A stretch of 64,000 nucleotides of DNA, from the NCBI GenBank assembly GCA_965223545.1, contig OZ245006.1, positions 4,064,001-4,128,000 of the forward strand, read 5' to 3'. The notes beneath the pieces are model-generated. The model was not told the origin of the DNA. It made no database searches and saw only the letters and a program-made list of their open reading frames with translations. Positions 50,587-58,978 of this stretch are shown here, piece by piece. The DNA comes from Planctomycetota bacterium. Lineage in GTDB: Bacteria > Planctomycetota > UBA1135 > UBA2386. The first letter of the stretch is position 1, and each line of letters opens with the position of its first letter. A program made the position numbers and the translations under genes.

Positions 50587-51617
50587 AGCCGCGCATGCGC
50601 GCGCGGACGTTCGTCGCGCTGGCTGGCGCTGCGCTGCTGGTGGCGGCGGTCGCTCTGTGGCTGCGCCCGTCGGCCGGCTTTGGCTGGGATCGCGTGCTGC
50701 GGGGCTTGGCCGGGGGCTTCGGCGTGGAGGACGCGGCCTCGCCCATCGACGTCGCGGTCCTGTTCGAGCTGCGCCTGCCGCGCATTCTGACCGCGATCTT
50801 CGCCGGCGCTTCCCTGGCGGTCGCCGGCACGGTGATGCAGGCCGTGTTTCGCAATCCACTCGCGTCGCCCGACGTGATGGGCACCCAGGCCGGCGCCGCG
50901 CTGGGCGCGGTGATCGCCATCGCGTTGGGGATCGCGAGCGAGTGGGCCCTGGCCGCGCCCGCCGGGGCGTTCCTCGGCGCGGGCCTGGTGTCGGCGATCG
51001 TCTTCGTCGCGGCCGCGGGGCCGGGCGGGGTCACGGTCACCGGCGTGCTGCTGGCGGGCATGGCGCTCAATTCGCTGGTGGGTGCCGCCACCGCGTTCGT
51101 GGTCTCGGTGTTCCACCACGGTGACTTCACCCGCAGCGGCGAGCTGCTGCAGTGGTTGATGGGCGGGCTGGAGAACTCGACGCTGCAGGCGGCGGCCATC
51201 GTCGGCGGTGGCCTGCTGGTGTTCGGCAGCGCGACGCTGCCGTTCTGGCGCGACCTCGACGTCTTGACGCTCGAGGACGACAGCGCCGCGAGCCTGGGGA
51301 TCGACATCGTGCGGTTGCGGATCGTGCTGCTGGTGTTGGCCTGTGGCGTGACCGCGACGGCGGTGTCCAGCACCGGCGGCATCGCCTTCGTCGGGCTGGT
51401 CGTGCCGCACATGGCGCGGCTGCTCGTCGGGCCAGCGCACCGCGCGCTGATCCCGAGCGCCGCGGTCGGCGGCGCGCTGATCCTGTTGTTGGCGGACTGC
51501 GTGGTGCAGTGGTTCGGCGTCGAGGTCAACCTGCGCATCGGCGTGGTGACGGCGACGCTGGGCGCGCCGTTCTTCCTCTACCTGCTCGCCCGCCACCGCC
51601 GGGGGTACGCGCTGTGA
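50583..51617 (+). CDS. FecCD/BtuC-family ABC permease
   Basis: LRLPRIL, QAVFRNPLASP, AASLGI, GIAFVGLVVPHMAR and GAPFFLYLL. Confidence 0.93.
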   Translation: MKPRMRARTFVALAGAALLVAAVALWLRPSAGFGWDRVLRGLAGGFGVEDAASPIDVAVLFELRLPRILTAIFAGASLAVAGTVMQAVFRNPLASPDVMGTQAGAALGAVIAIALGIASEWALAAPAGAFLGAGLVSAIVFVAAAGPGGVTVTGVLLAGMALNSLVGAATAFVVSVFHHGDFTRSGELLQWLMGGLENSTLQAAAIVGGGLLVFGSATLPFWRDLDVLTLEDDSAASLGIDIVRLRIVLLVLACGVTATAVSSTGGIAFVGLVVPHMARLLVGPAHRALIPSAAVGGALILLLADCVVQWFGVEVNLRIGVVTATLGAPFFLYLLARHRRGYAL

Positions 51618-52438
51618 CCCGGCTGGCCGCCGATGCCGTCACGGTCTCGCTCGGTGGCGTCGAGGTGCTGCGCGACGTCTCGCTGCAACCCGAGCCCGGC
51701 GCGGTGACGCTGGTGTGCGGGCGCAACGGCAGCGGCAAGACGACGCTGCTGAAGACACTGGCAGGTCTGCGGGCGCCCGACAGCGGTGTGGTCAGGGTGG
51801 ACGGCACCTCTTTGGCCACGATGGCCCCGCGCGAGCGCGCCCGTCGGGTGACGCTGATCCCCCAGCACGCCGACTCGCCGTTCGAGTTCACCGGACGGCA
51901 GCTCGTCGTCATGGGCAGGCACGCCCACGTGGCGAGGTTCGGCCGGCCGGCGCCGGCGGACCGCGCGGCGGTGGAGCGCGCGCTGCACCGCGCGGACGCG
52001 ATGGCGTTCGCCGACCGGCCTGTGCACCAGCTCTCGGGTGGCGAGCGCCAGCGCATCAGCATCGCCCGCGCGCTGGCGACGGAAGCGCCGGTGGTGCTCG
52101 CCGACGAGCCCACTGCCAACCTCGACCTGGACCATGCCCTGTCGCTGTTGGCGGTGTTTCGCGCCCTGGCACGCGACGGCGGCACGGTCGTGCTCGCCGC
52201 GCACGATCTCAACGCGGTGGCGCCGCGTGTCGACCGGGTCGCGGTCCTGCACCGCGGCACGGTGGTGTGCTTCGACACGCCCGAGCGGGCGCTGGCGCCC
52301 GCGCGGTTGCGCGAGGTGTTCGGTGTCGAGTGTGGCAGTGGCGGGTTTCCGCGCACGTTCTCACTGCCGCCGCGTGCCGGCGACAGCGAGATCGACGGCG
52401 CCCCCCCCGAGGCTCCCCTCCCCGAAGCCCCTCAGTAG
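51614..52438 (+). CDS. ABC transporter ATP-binding protein (BtuD/FhuC type)
   Basis: GRNGSGKTT, LSGGERQR, LADEPTANLD and HDLN. Confidence 0.93.
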   Translation: MTRLAADAVTVSLGGVEVLRDVSLQPEPGAVTLVCGRNGSGKTTLLKTLAGLRAPDSGVVRVDGTSLATMAPRERARRVTLIPQHADSPFEFTGRQLVVMGRHAHVARFGRPAPADRAAVERALHRADAMAFADRPVHQLSGGERQRISIARALATEAPVVLADEPTANLDLDHALSLLAVFRALARDGGTVVLAAHDLNAVAPRVDRVAVLHRGTVVCFDTPERALAPARLREVFGVECGSGGFPRTFSLPPRAGDSEIDGAPPEAPLPEAPQ

Positions 52439-53091
52439 CCGGCCACCGACTCGCGCTGGTCGCCACCGCCGCCGGCTTCGGCTTGGTGCAGGCGCTTGCA
52501 GTACGCGTGCAGCTCGGGAACGCTGCGCGGCAAATCGGTGTAGCGCTGCAGCTGGGCCAGCAGCACGTCGATCGTGGCTTCGGCGTCGGCCTCGGCCGAG
52601 TGGGCGCCGACCAGCTCCCGGCCGCAGTAGTGGCGCACCGCGGCGGTCAAGTTGCGCGGTCCCATCAGGAAGCGGTCCCAGCCGGTCTCCTTGGCGTTGA
52701 ACAGGAGCTTGGCGTCGACCACGTGGCGGCCACCGGCATCGAAGGGAATGGAGTGGCGCTTGAACTCCTGCAGCAGCAACGGGAGGTCGAAGCCGACGCA
52801 GTTGAAGCCGCCGAGATCGGCGTCGCCGAGCAACAGCAACAGCCGGTCGACGACCTTCGGCAGCCGCGGTTTGCCGAACAGGCCGCGCACTTCGTCGTTG
52901 CGGATGCCGTGCACTCGCGTCGATGCCTCCGGGATGTCGACGCCGGGATCGACGCGTTCGACCAGCGACTCGCGCGAGCCGTCGACGTTGATGCGCACCA
53001 AGCCGATTTCGACGATGCGATCCGTCGCCACATCGAGGCCGGTGGTCTCGAGATCGAAGAACACGATGGGGCGCGCGAGCTCTAGGATCAT
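52432..53091 (-). CDS. DEDDh 3'-5' exonuclease (DnaQ-like)
   Basis: FFDLETTG, GFNCVGFDLP and AHSAEADA. Confidence 0.92.
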   Translation of the reverse strand: MILELARPIVFFDLETTGLDVATDRIVEIGLVRINVDGSRESLVERVDPGVDIPEASTRVHGIRNDEVRGLFGKPRLPKVVDRLLLLLGDADLGGFNCVGFDLPLLLQEFKRHSIPFDAGGRHVVDAKLLFNAKETGWDRFLMGPRNLTAAVRHYCGRELVGAHSAEADAEATIDVLLAQLQRYTDLPRSVPELHAYCKRLHQAEAGGGGDQRESVAGY

Positions 53092-53103
53092 GCCCCGACG
53101 AGA

Positions 53104-53739
53104 CTACTTCGCGGGGCGGTCCGTTCCAGCGGTTTGCGGGCGTTGCGCAAACACCGAGAGTTGGTCTCCGCGCTGCGTCGTGCGCTCGATCGCAATGCCG
53201 CACGTCGCGATCAATGATTGCAAGTCGGCGGCGGCCTCACCCTCCGCGGCGAGGGTGAACCAAAGCCAGCCCGTGGGTTGCACGACGGCGGCGGCTTGCC
53301 GCAGCAAGTAGCGGCGCATCGCGAGGTCCGGCAGTTCCTCGATCACATCGATCAGCATCACCAGGTCGAACCGAACGCGGCGCACACAGCGCAGCGTGAG
53401 GCCGTCGCCAACGTGCCATCCGATGGCGCCGTCGTCACCGAGCTCGCGGCGCGCGGCCTCGATCATGCGCGGGCTGATGTCGACGCCGTGGAGGACCCGG
53501 CCATCGCCGCGCAGCGGCGCCAGCAGCCGCCCCGGGCCACAGCCGAGGTCGAGCACCGCGGGTTCCGCCCGGCCGTCGAGCAGCGGTTGGGCGACCTCGG
53601 CGGCCAGCGCGGCGCCGCTCTGCCAGAACGCGTCACGGTCGCCGGCGGTGGCCGGGTGCGCTGCCGCGAATACGTCCTCCTCGGCGCGCGCATCCCACCG
53701 TTGGCGCAATCGGACGAGCGGGGAGACGAACGAGGACAT
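53104..53739 (-). CDS. Class I SAM-dependent methyltransferase
   Basis: VLDLGCGPGRL, GVDISPRMI and FDLV motifs. Confidence 0.88.
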   Translation of the reverse strand: MSSFVSPLVRLRQRWDARAEEDVFAAAHPATAGDRDAFWQSGAALAAEVAQPLLDGRAEPAVLDLGCGPGRLLAPLRGDGRVLHGVDISPRMIEAARRELGDDGAIGWHVGDGLTLRCVRRVRFDLVMLIDVIEELPDLAMRRYLLRQAAAVVQPTGWLWFTLAAEGEAAADLQSLIATCGIAIERTTQRGDQLSVFAQRPQTAGTDRPAK

Positions 53740-53916
53740 TCTGGAGCCGGAAACCCGAGCCGCCCGGATCGCGGCCGACGAAACCGTATCGACGCGCCGC
53801 CTGGGGGGCCAACACAACCCGCCGTCCAGCGTTCCCGTTGCTGGACGCAAGTTGATGCTCTGCAAGGGGATCCATCACACGGGACGGCAGGGAGGCGAGA
53901 AAACCACCCGACGGCC

Positions 53917-53945
53917 TTGATGTTCGGGTGTTGTTAGGCTAACTT
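53917..53945 (+). promoter_or_regulatory. Sigma70-type promoter upstream of the small ORF and lexA
   Basis: TTGATG (53917-53922), N17, TAACTT (53940-53945). Confidence 0.65.
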
Positions 53946-53973
53946 TCCACAACCCTAACAAGGGACGAACATC
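53919..53973. promoter_or_regulatory. Long dyad, candidate double LexA operator
   Basis: GATGTTCG-N4-TTGTTAGG-N15-CCTAACAA-N4-CGAACATC. Confidence 0.6.
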
Positions 53974-54046
53974 CCGTCGAGGTGGCGCGCGGCCCCGGAA
54001 GGGGTCGCGGCCACTGCTTCTCGGCCGCAACACGAGGAGGCCCGAA

Positions 54047-54220
54047 ATGCCAGCCCGCGCACTCTTGCCAGCCCATCAACTCTCTCGCCGCGCCGCTCTC
54101 GCGCGGGTCCTCGCCAGCCGCGCGAGAGCGGCGCCGCCGCGGGCCGCGATCGCGGTCTTCGAGGTCGTCGGTGTCGTCGCCATGATCGGCGTGTTCATGG
54201 CGATCGCGATCCTCGCATGA
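54047..54220 (+). CDS. 57-aa small membrane protein (absent from the ORF track)
   Basis: GAGGAGG RBS 6 nt before the ATG; translation MPARALLPAHQLSRRAALARVLASRARAAPPRAAIAVFEVVGVVAMIGVFMAIAILA; basic N-terminus and C-terminal TM. Confidence 0.65.
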   Translation: MPARALLPAHQLSRRAALARVLASRARAAPPRAAIAVFEVVGVVAMIGVFMAIAILA

Positions 54221-54237
54221 CCGCATGACCGCATGGA
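54214..54237 (+). repeat. 8-bp tandem repeat x3
   Basis: CGCATGAC CGCATGAC CGCATGGA. Confidence 0.75.
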
Positions 54238-54244
54238 GGTAGGG

Positions 54245-54883
54245 ATGGACTTCACGTTGACGCCCCGCCAGCTCGAAGTGCTGCGCTATTTCCGCGACTA
54301 CCGTCGCGAGTTCGGCATGTCGCCGACCCTGGAGGAAGCTGCCGAGCACCTGGGGGTGACCAAGATCACCGTCTACGAGCACCTCAACCAGCTGATCAAG
54401 AAGGGGGCGGTGCGGCGGGACAAGGCCAAGGCCCGGGCGGTGCAGGTCTTGTTCGATCCCGACGCCGAGCCCTCGGGGGGGGACCCGATGGCCGCGGCTG
54501 GCGGCTCGCCGAGCTTGCCGCTGCTCGGCACCATCGCCGCCGGCCGCGGGATCGAGGCCGTCGAGGTCCCGGAGCCCATGATGTTGACCGATCTGGTGCC
54601 CACCGAGGCCGACCACTATCTCCTCCGCGTGCGCGGCAAGTCGATGATCGAGGACCACATCGACGATGGCGACTTGGTGGTCGTCGAGCGGCGGGAGACC
54701 GCGCGCAACGGCGAGATCGTGGTCGCCATCCTCGAGGACGAAGAGGCGACGTTGAAGCGCTTCTACCGCGAGGCGGACGGACGCGTGCGGCTGCAGCCGG
54801 CGAACTCCGAGCTCGATCCGATCTACCCCGCGCAGGTCGAGATCCGCGGCATCGTCCGCGGCGTCATCCGCCGGTTCCGCTGA
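54245..54883 (+). CDS. lexA: SOS repressor LexA
   Basis: LTPRQ, SPTLEE winged HTH, IAAG cleavage site, VRGKSM (Ser) and ATLKR (Lys); GGAGG RBS; alternative start at 54233. Confidence 0.96.
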   Translation: MDFTLTPRQLEVLRYFRDYRREFGMSPTLEEAAEHLGVTKITVYEHLNQLIKKGAVRRDKAKARAVQVLFDPDAEPSGGDPMAAAGGSPSLPLLGTIAAGRGIEAVEVPEPMMLTDLVPTEADHYLLRVRGKSMIEDHIDDGDLVVVERRETARNGEIVVAILEDEEATLKRFYREADGRVRLQPANSELDPIYPAQVEIRGIVRGVIRRFR

Positions 54884-54892
54884 GAGACTGCG

Positions 54893-55213
54893 ATGGTCGG
54901 CTCCGCGGGCGAGGGATCAGCGTCGGGCAGCGGGGGCGGTCCGCGCCGCGCGGGCGCGGAGCACGAGCCGCCGGGCCAGCCGCAGCCGGCGCCGTTCGTC
55001 GTCCGCTGTGAGGCCGGCAAGTACGCGTACTGCCGCTGCCAGCGCAGCGCGCGCTTTCCCTATTGCGACGGGAGCCATCGACGGGATCCGGCGTCCGAGG
55101 GCCCACTCAAGGTCGTGCTCGACGAGGATCGCATCGTCGCGTGGTGCGCGTGCACCGGGTCGGGCAGCCTGCCGTTTTGCGACGGGAGCCACCGGCGCGC
55201 GGCCGGTCGGTGA
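54893..55213 (+). CDS. Double-CDGSH [2Fe-2S] protein (MiNT/CISD3-like)
   Basis: CRCQRSARFPYCDGSH and CACTGSGSLPFCDGSH. Confidence 0.9.
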   Translation: MVGSAGEGSASGSGGGPRRAGAEHEPPGQPQPAPFVVRCEAGKYAYCRCQRSARFPYCDGSHRRDPASEGPLKVVLDEDRIVAWCACTGSGSLPFCDGSHRRAAGR

Positions 55214-55221
55214 GGCCGCTG

Positions 55222-55270
55222 CAGGTGGAGCCGATCCAGGTGCAGTCGATCCAGGTGCAGGCGATCCAGG
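55222..55270. repeat. 15-bp tandem repeat x3 between convergent genes
   Basis: CAGGTGGAGCCGATC CAGGTGCAGTCGATC CAGGTGCAGGCGATC CAGG. Confidence 0.8.
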
Positions 55271-55280
55271 GCCGAGAGCG

Positions 55281-56990
55281 TCAGCGACCCAGCCAGTGCT
55301 GCCGAAGCTCCAACTGGCTTGGCGTGGCGTCGCGTGCGGGGACCACGCTGTAGCGGGTCGCCGTGTGCGGGTTCGGGGTCGCGCGGCGGCGGAGCACGCG
55401 CCCGCGGCGCGCGACCAAGAGCTCGATCTCGGAGCCCGCCTGAGATGCGCTGCGCAGCACGGCGCCCCAGGTCGACTGCTGTACCCGAAGGTCGTTGACC
55501 GCCAAGATCTCGTCACCCGGTGAGATGCCGGCGCGCGCGGCCGGAGCGTCGCGTCGCACCGAACCAATGGTCGTGCCGCGACCGCGGAAGGAAACGCCGA
55601 GCGTCGGCGCGTGATCCGCGCGGGAATCGAGCTGCAGGCCGGCGTGGCCGAGCGCGGCCGGTAGGTCGGGCTCGAACGGTCCCTCTGCTGCGGCACGCAG
55701 CCATGGTTCGAAGTCCTCGCCGGCGGCGGTGCTCAGGCTGCGGCAGATGTCGTCGAAGTCGTAGCCGCGGCCTTGCCCGAACGTGGACTCGAACAGGGTG
55801 CGCATGGCGACATCCAACGACGCGCTGCCCGAGGTGCGGGCGCGGAGCTCGAGATCGGCGGACAACCAGAGCAGTGCACCGTTGCCGTAGAAGTTCTGGG
55901 TCGCATTGTGGCGGTCTTCATCGGGGTGGTCGTGCTTGATCCACGCGTCGTGGCTGGCCTCCGAGAGTGACCGCACGCGCCGACCGGCGTTGGCGAACAT
56001 GTCGGTGATGCCCTGGGACAGGCGTTGCAAGTAGCGATCCGCGCCGAGCACGCCGGCGCGGTGGCACAACAGGTCGTCGTAGTAGGCGGTCGCGCCCTCG
56101 GCGAGCCACAGCAACGGGGTTGGGTTGGCGCGCTCGTAGTCGGGCTTCCACAGCTCGGCAGGCCGCATGCGGCAGCCGTTCCAGGCGTGGAAGTGCTCGT
56201 GCGCGACCAGCCCCATGAAGGCCTCGTACGATCCGGTCGAGTGCAGCACGGTGTGCGGCGCGGTCAGCGTGCACCCACCGGCGTGCTCCAGCCCCGCCAT
56301 TGGCGCATCCGCGAACGCGGCCAAGAAACGGTACTCGCGGTACGGCAGGGTGCCGCCGAACACAGCCGCGGCCTGCTCGACGATCGCGGCGGTGTCGGGC
56401 ACGAGCCGCTCGGGGGTCGGCAAGCCGCCGAGGCCCTCGAGCACCCACTCGTGCGCCACGCCGAGCACCTCGAAGGGCCGGGGATCGAGCACGCCGCAGA
56501 GCCACGGGGATCGCACCAGCGCATCGACGTCCGGCAGGACGAACCCGGCTTCGCCGGCGCTCGCCGCGGTCCGCACGGTCCACCCGTCCGGGCACACGAT
56601 GCGCACGGTGGCGGCGAGGTCGCGTCGGTCGGCGGGCCAGAGGAAGACCGCCGCCCCTTGCAGCAGGGCGTGCGCGTCGGTGAGGTCCGCGGCGCGCACC
56701 GAGGGCGCGTGGGCGTAGACCCGATACCGAATCTCGATTCCACCGCTCGCGGCCGCCAGCCGCCACCGTTGGGTTCCGGTCTTCCGCGGCGCGAGGTCGC
56801 GCCCGTCGGCGGAACGCGCCTGAAGAGCTTCGACGTGGCGCGCGTGCTCGTACAGCACATGGCTGCCCGGGGTCCAGCGTGCCATCGCCAGCTCGAGCGG
56901 CGTTCCGTCCATGCCATCGATGCGCAGGCGCACGTCGATGCGATGCGCCGCAGCGTTGCGCAGATCGAGCGTGAACGCGAGGTCGGCCAC
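55281..56990 (-). CDS. M61-family glycyl aminopeptidase with PDZ domain
   Basis: WTPGS, GLEH, AHEHFHAWN, LWLAEGATAYYD and a C-terminal PDZ (PAARAGISPGDEILAVN). Confidence 0.93.
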   Translation of the reverse strand: MADLAFTLDLRNAAAHRIDVRLRIDGMDGTPLELAMARWTPGSHVLYEHARHVEALQARSADGRDLAPRKTGTQRWRLAAASGGIEIRYRVYAHAPSVRAADLTDAHALLQGAAVFLWPADRRDLAATVRIVCPDGWTVRTAASAGEAGFVLPDVDALVRSPWLCGVLDPRPFEVLGVAHEWVLEGLGGLPTPERLVPDTAAIVEQAAAVFGGTLPYREYRFLAAFADAPMAGLEHAGGCTLTAPHTVLHSTGSYEAFMGLVAHEHFHAWNGCRMRPAELWKPDYERANPTPLLWLAEGATAYYDDLLCHRAGVLGADRYLQRLSQGITDMFANAGRRVRSLSEASHDAWIKHDHPDEDRHNATQNFYGNGALLWLSADLELRARTSGSASLDVAMRTLFESTFGQGRGYDFDDICRSLSTAAGEDFEPWLRAAAEGPFEPDLPAALGHAGLQLDSRADHAPTLGVSFRGRGTTIGSVRRDAPAARAGISPGDEILAVNDLRVQQSTWGAVLRSASQAGSEIELLVARRGRVLRRRATPNPHTATRYSVVPARDATPSQLELRQHWLGR

Positions 56991-57001
56991 GGCAGCAGGG
57001 G

Positions 57002-57078
<77 letters not shown>

Positions 57079-57090
57079 GCGCGGCGGCGA

Positions 57091-57118
57091 ATGCTACGGC
57101 CCCTCGGAGTGGAATCAA
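57091..57118 (-). promoter_or_regulatory. Sigma70-type promoter of tRNA-Arg
   Basis: Minus strand TTGATT-N16-TAGCAT followed by a GC-rich discriminator. Confidence 0.65.
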
Positions 57119-57133
57119 TCGGCCGGCGGCACC

Positions 57134-57151
57134 GCATGCAGGATTGCATGC
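57134..57151. promoter_or_regulatory. Palindrome, candidate operator
   Basis: GCATGCA-GGAT-TGCATGC. Confidence 0.5.
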
Positions 57152-57312
57152 AGCACTCAGCGGCGATCGCGGCTCGACAACGTTTCCCACAGACGAGCGG
57201 GTTTGCAGTATCGTGCGGGCCGGGGGTTCCCCCTTCCGGTGGCCTGGAGGTCCCGAAACCGCGGCGCCTCCCGCGGCTAGGAAGAACGCGCCACTCCTCC
57301 GTTGCCTTGCAA

Positions 57313-58254
57313 ATGAAACTCACACACCGCACGAGCCTTCGTGCACTGACCGCCACCGCGTGCGCCGTCGGTGCGTTTGTCGCGCTGCAGCCCGGGTCCG
57401 AGTTGGCGCACGCTTCGACCAACGCCTACGTCCAGGACAGCGATGGGGACCTGCTTCCCGACGCCTTGGAGTGGGCGTTGCTGACCGACGCGAGGCAGCG
57501 GGACTCCGACGCCGATGGGGCCGAGGATGTCATCGAAGCACTGCTGCACGAGCACATGCGGACCGCGCCGGTGCTGCCGCGGCCGATGGATCACGAGCTG
57601 CGAGCGGCGGTCGCGGTGCACAGGGACGCCACTGGGCAGGCCCACGTGCTGCTGCACGTCGTCGCGCGGATCGCGCTCAGCACCTCGGGGCTGGCCAGCA
57701 TCAAGGGTTTGGCGCCCTTCGTCGACTATCGCGGCACGCGGCTGCCGATCGACCGGTTGGTCGCCGGCGGCATCATCAACATCACGCGGCGCTTCGACCC
57801 GGTCGAGGGCTTGTTCGTCGTGATCTCGTCGCGCATCGCGTCCGTCGAGAACCTCAAGTTGCTCACCCCCTGCACCGTCGGCGTCACCGCGTCGATCGGA
57901 CAAAAGGCGTTCGAGAGCGGCATGCTGGTCGACGAGGTCGACGACGAGCTCGTCGTCATCGCGCCGATCGACGACAACCGCTACGTCATCCACCCCCTCG
58001 ATCCGCAGTTTCCGCAGATCGTCGGCCCGGGGGCCGGCAGTGGCTCTTCGTCGGGCCAGAAGTTCTGGTCTCAGGCCAAGGTGTGCGAGCTGGATTTGTC
58101 GCCGGTCGGCTCCGGCGGTGGCATTACGGTCGTTCAGGTCAACGACGCGAACTGCGTGTCGGTGTCGACGCTGTTTTGCGCGTCCTCCTGCCTCTCACAG
58201 AACGGCCGCCTGTACGTCTTGCCGTACGGCCCCGGCTTGCTGAACGGCCGCTGA
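57313..58254 (+). CDS. Exported hypothetical protein with DxDxD Ca-binding-like motifs
   Basis: Signal peptide (ELAHA); DSDGDLLPD and DSDADGAED; Cys-containing C-terminus. Confidence 0.75.
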   Translation: MKLTHRTSLRALTATACAVGAFVALQPGSELAHASTNAYVQDSDGDLLPDALEWALLTDARQRDSDADGAEDVIEALLHEHMRTAPVLPRPMDHELRAAVAVHRDATGQAHVLLHVVARIALSTSGLASIKGLAPFVDYRGTRLPIDRLVAGGIINITRRFDPVEGLFVVISSRIASVENLKLLTPCTVGVTASIGQKAFESGMLVDEVDDELVVIAPIDDNRYVIHPLDPQFPQIVGPGAGSGSSSGQKFWSQAKVCELDLSPVGSGGGITVVQVNDANCVSVSTLFCASSCLSQNGRLYVLPYGPGLLNGR

Positions 58255-58363
58255 TCCCCCGGCTCCGCGGCAGCAAACCCCGAACCCGGTTGCGTTCGCG
58301 ATCGGCGGCGAAACGGCATGTTGGCGCGGAACACGCCGTCTCCGCGCGGACGTCCATGTCTCG

Positions 58364-58978
58364 GTGCACCACGATTCGGTAGATGAGCTCGCGCTGGTCC
58401 GCGCCTGCAGCGAGCCGGACTCCGATGCGTTCGAAGCGGCGTTCGAGGCGCTGTACGGACGCTACAAGGATCGGGTGTACTCGATCGCGTATCGCATCAC
58501 GGGCGGATCCGCCGATGCGATGGACGTCATGCAGGAGGCGTTCTGCGTCTTGTTTCGCAAGATCGGCGCCTTTCGCTTCGACGCGCGCTTCTCGACCTGG
58601 CTGTTCCGCATCGTCGTCAACTGCTCGATCAATCACGTGCGGCGCGAGCAAGGTCGCCGCAGCGCCGAGAGCCTTCCCGACGAGTATGCCGCCGAGGTTG
58701 GCGACGAAGCGCCGCCGGCGGTCGCCGAGACCCGTGAGCTCGGCGAGCACATCCACTCCAGTATCCAGAGGCTGAGCCCCAAGCTGCGCGCGGTGCTGGT
58801 GCTGCGCTACCAGGAGGGACTGTCCTACGAGGAGCTGTCGGAGACCTTGCAGGTGTCGATGGGCACGGTGAAGTCGCGGCTGGCGCGGGCGCACCTGGCC
58901 CTGGAGCGCGTGCTGCGCGGCACGCTGGCGCCTTTTGGGGTCTCCGAGACCGACACGAACAAAGGAGGCGTGGCATGA
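58364..58978 (+). CDS. ECF RNA polymerase sigma factor (RpoE/SigW-like)
   Basis: DAMDVMQEAF, FSTWLFRIVVN, LSYEELSETL and GTVKSRLARA. Confidence 0.95.
   Translation: MHHDSVDELALVRACSEPDSDAFEAAFEALYGRYKDRVYSIAYRITGGSADAMDVMQEAFCVLFRKIGAFRFDARFSTWLFRIVVNCSINHVRREQGRRSAESLPDEYAAEVGDEAPPAVAETRELGEHIHSSIQRLSPKLRAVLVLRYQEGLSYEELSETLQVSMGTVKSRLARAHLALERVLRGTLAPFGVSETDTNKGGVA

Noticed and set aside
53943..53951. DnaA-box-like CTTTCCACA (also TTTCCCACA near 57183)
   Set aside because: Single mismatched copies with no cluster, no AT-rich unwinding element and no dnaA; not enough to call oriC.
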